Assembly: GCA_051294905.1 (NCBI GenBank) | Contig: CM119378.1 | Span: forward strand, 11,160,001 to 11,224,000 | Length of the DNA stretch: 64,000 nucleotides | Direction of reading: 5' to 3' | Source: Botryllus schlosseri | Lineage: Eukaryota | In this document: piece by piece, positions 61,229-64,000 of the stretch | Numbering within the stretch: the first letter of the stretch is position 1 | Layout: every line of letters begins with the position of its first letter | Notes under the pieces: generated by a model | Seen by the model: the letters and a program-made list of their open reading frames with translations, nothing else | What the model was told of the DNA's origin: nothing | The model's database searches: none | Program-made: the position numbers and the translations under genes

Positions 61229-61987
61229 ATGGATGACACTGGTAGACTTCAGTCTTATGGGATAGAGAATCCAAAGCAACATCATTTCTCACCATATTCA
61301 ATGAATGGCGGAAACACTTTGGCAATTTCTGGTGATGACTTTGCAATCATTGCGGCCGACACACGACTAAGTGAAGGATTCTCAATCCATAGTCGTACGG
61401 AACCAAAAACCTTGCAAATCACACCCAAGATTGTACTCGGGGCGGCAGGCTTTCATGGTGACAGCCTGACACTGAAAAGAGTCATAGGAAACAGGATAAA
61501 GTTGTATGAACATGAGCACGGCAAATACCCCAGCATCAGCGCCGTTGCGGCAATGCTTTCCACAATTTTATACTACCGACGGTTTTTTCCTTATTATGTC
61601 TACAATCTTCTAGCTGGTGTCGATGATGAAGGCAAGGGTTGCGTATATTCTTATGACCCAGTGGGTTGCTACGAGAGGGAAGCTTATCGAGCTGAAGGTT
61701 CCGCTGCCGAGCTGCTTCAACCTCTATTAGACAACCAGATCGGTGAGTTCAAAAATGTACCTGTAGGGCGTTTTTTTATCAAAAAACTAACTTGATATAT
61801 TTCAGGATACAAGAACATGGAGAACGTACAGAAATTGCCGTTAACGAAGGAGAAAGCGTTGCAGTTGGTTAAAGATGCCTTCATATCGGCTGCGGAACGA
61901 GATATCACCACCGGTGATTCCGTTCTTATCCATGTTATCGACAGGACCGGTGTACAGGAACACCGATTTCCATTGAGACGTGATTAA
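61229..61987 (+). CDS. PSMB1: Proteasome subunit beta type-1 (beta6)
   Basis: Exons 61229-61742 and 61806-61987 with a 63-bp GT-AG intron. Motifs [48 protein letters not shown] and [22 protein letters not shown] at 62041. Confidence 0.95.
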
Positions 61988-62066
61988 AACATGTGGACAG
62001 TGGACTCTATAAGGAGCACGGTTGATGCTGCTGATAACTCAATAAATTTTCTTTTTGTGTAGTTGC

Positions 62067-62117
62067 AGTTACCTGTAGCTGAGCGCAAGTGTAGTTACCT
62101 GTAGCTGAGCGCAAGTG
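62067..62117 (+). repeat. 26-bp tandem duplication
   Basis: AGTTACCTGTAGCTGAGCGCAAGTG occurs twice with period 26. Confidence 0.85.
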
Positions 62118-62241
62118 CTGCTTAATGAGGGTACATCTATTTTGTCATCGACTCGATTCCAAATTTACATCCTTCTCACAGTGTGCAATGTTTTCCTTTA
62201 TGGCTCACATTTGTACTGCTTGGCTCGGGTTGCAAGCACAG

Positions 62242-62515
62242 TATTATTCGGTGTCAGCAATTGGGAGGTAAAAAAGGTTGAGAACCACTGGTGTGGTGCA
62301 TTGAAAGTTAATATCACTCCCTGAGCTCCGTTCTGTAATTGTCAGCCAAAATAGAGGATAGAATATGGCAAGTTGAATTATTATTCGGTGTCAGCAATTG
62401 GGAGGTAAAAAAGGTTGAGAACCACTGGTGTGGTGCATTGAAAGTTAATATCACTCCCTGAGCTCCGTTCTGTAATTGTCAGCCAAAATAGAGGATAGAA
62501 TATGGCAAGTTGAAT
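62242..62515 (+). repeat. Perfect 137-bp tandem duplication including a MITE terminus
   Basis: 62242-62378 is identical to 62379-62515. Each unit contains GGTTGAGAACCACTG, the end of the CAGTGGTT MITE family. Confidence 0.9.
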
Positions 62516-63187
62516 TGATATGATCAGGGATATCTAGACTTGGCCATACGTTTGTGATGTAACAATAGCGGCTCAGTCGACTTCACTTTGAATCAACCCA
62601 CACAATTGTGACTGCAGAGCATGTCTGCTCGAAAGAAAACAGCCTTTACTGCACAGGTTGTCGCAACACTGCTGCAGAGGTCCCAGAAGCAACCTCCTTT
62701 TAGAAATATTTCCATACAGAGCTACCTTACAACTGTAAACGTACTTGCACACATCTCCTGGAACGGAAGTAACTCGATTTGTTTCAGTGTCTCTGAAATG
62801 CCAGGCCGGTCAGAGACAATATAAATCCTAGTATTACTGATGGATACAAAATTACATCTCTTTTGGTAGTCAAGCAGCCCATCAATATAGACTGCCATTT
62901 CCAAACTTCAGGGTAGTGGTCGCCTTCCATAATCAATCAAGTACCATTACCTCTGCATACCTTGGCAAAATTGGGACAACATTCTGGGAATGACATTCCT
63001 ATTGGAACATCTTAGCAACCTTGCTCACATGAACAAACGCGACAGACCATTCTGATAGTGTTGAGCAATACAAAAACAAAAACATACTAGAAAATGCTTA
63101 TTCCATCAAGCAAATGTGAAATTGGTGTAATAAATTGGGTCGAAAATCCTCTCGTTACATATTCTCTGTGCCAACCAAGCATTGGGA

Positions 63188-64000
<813 letters not shown>

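Overview
This is eukaryotic animal genomic DNA (AT-rich, GT-AG introns, dense in MITEs). The compact gene layout and chordate-like proteins suggest an invertebrate chordate such as an ascidian, but that is inference. From left to right the window holds: (1) an intact, very young 4,146-bp Ty3/Gypsy LTR retrotransposon on the minus strand, with identical 203-bp LTRs, a TGCAG target-site duplication and a single 1,222-aa gag-pol ORF; (2) a large multi-exon LGR4/5/6-type leucine-rich-repeat GPCR on the plus strand, with 13 exons resolved and the 5' exons not found; (3) a compact housekeeping cluster of MAX (+), REXO4 (-), ATP6V1D (-), MRPL14 (-), PSMB1 (+) and the 3' part of KAT8/MOF (-). Introns and intergenic DNA carry several hAT-type MITEs (some nested, with 8-bp TSDs), a CACTA-type element with an internal tandem array, a long foldback palindrome and tRNA-derived SINEs. 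The strongest novel signal is in the retrotransposon. It has no tRNA-type primer-binding site. Instead the 16 nt after the 5' LTR are perfectly complementary to a 16-mer inside its own LTR, in the geometry needed for self-primed reverse transcription. Its RT also carries a non-canonical YLDN motif in place of YxDD. Exon models were read by eye and have no transcript support.
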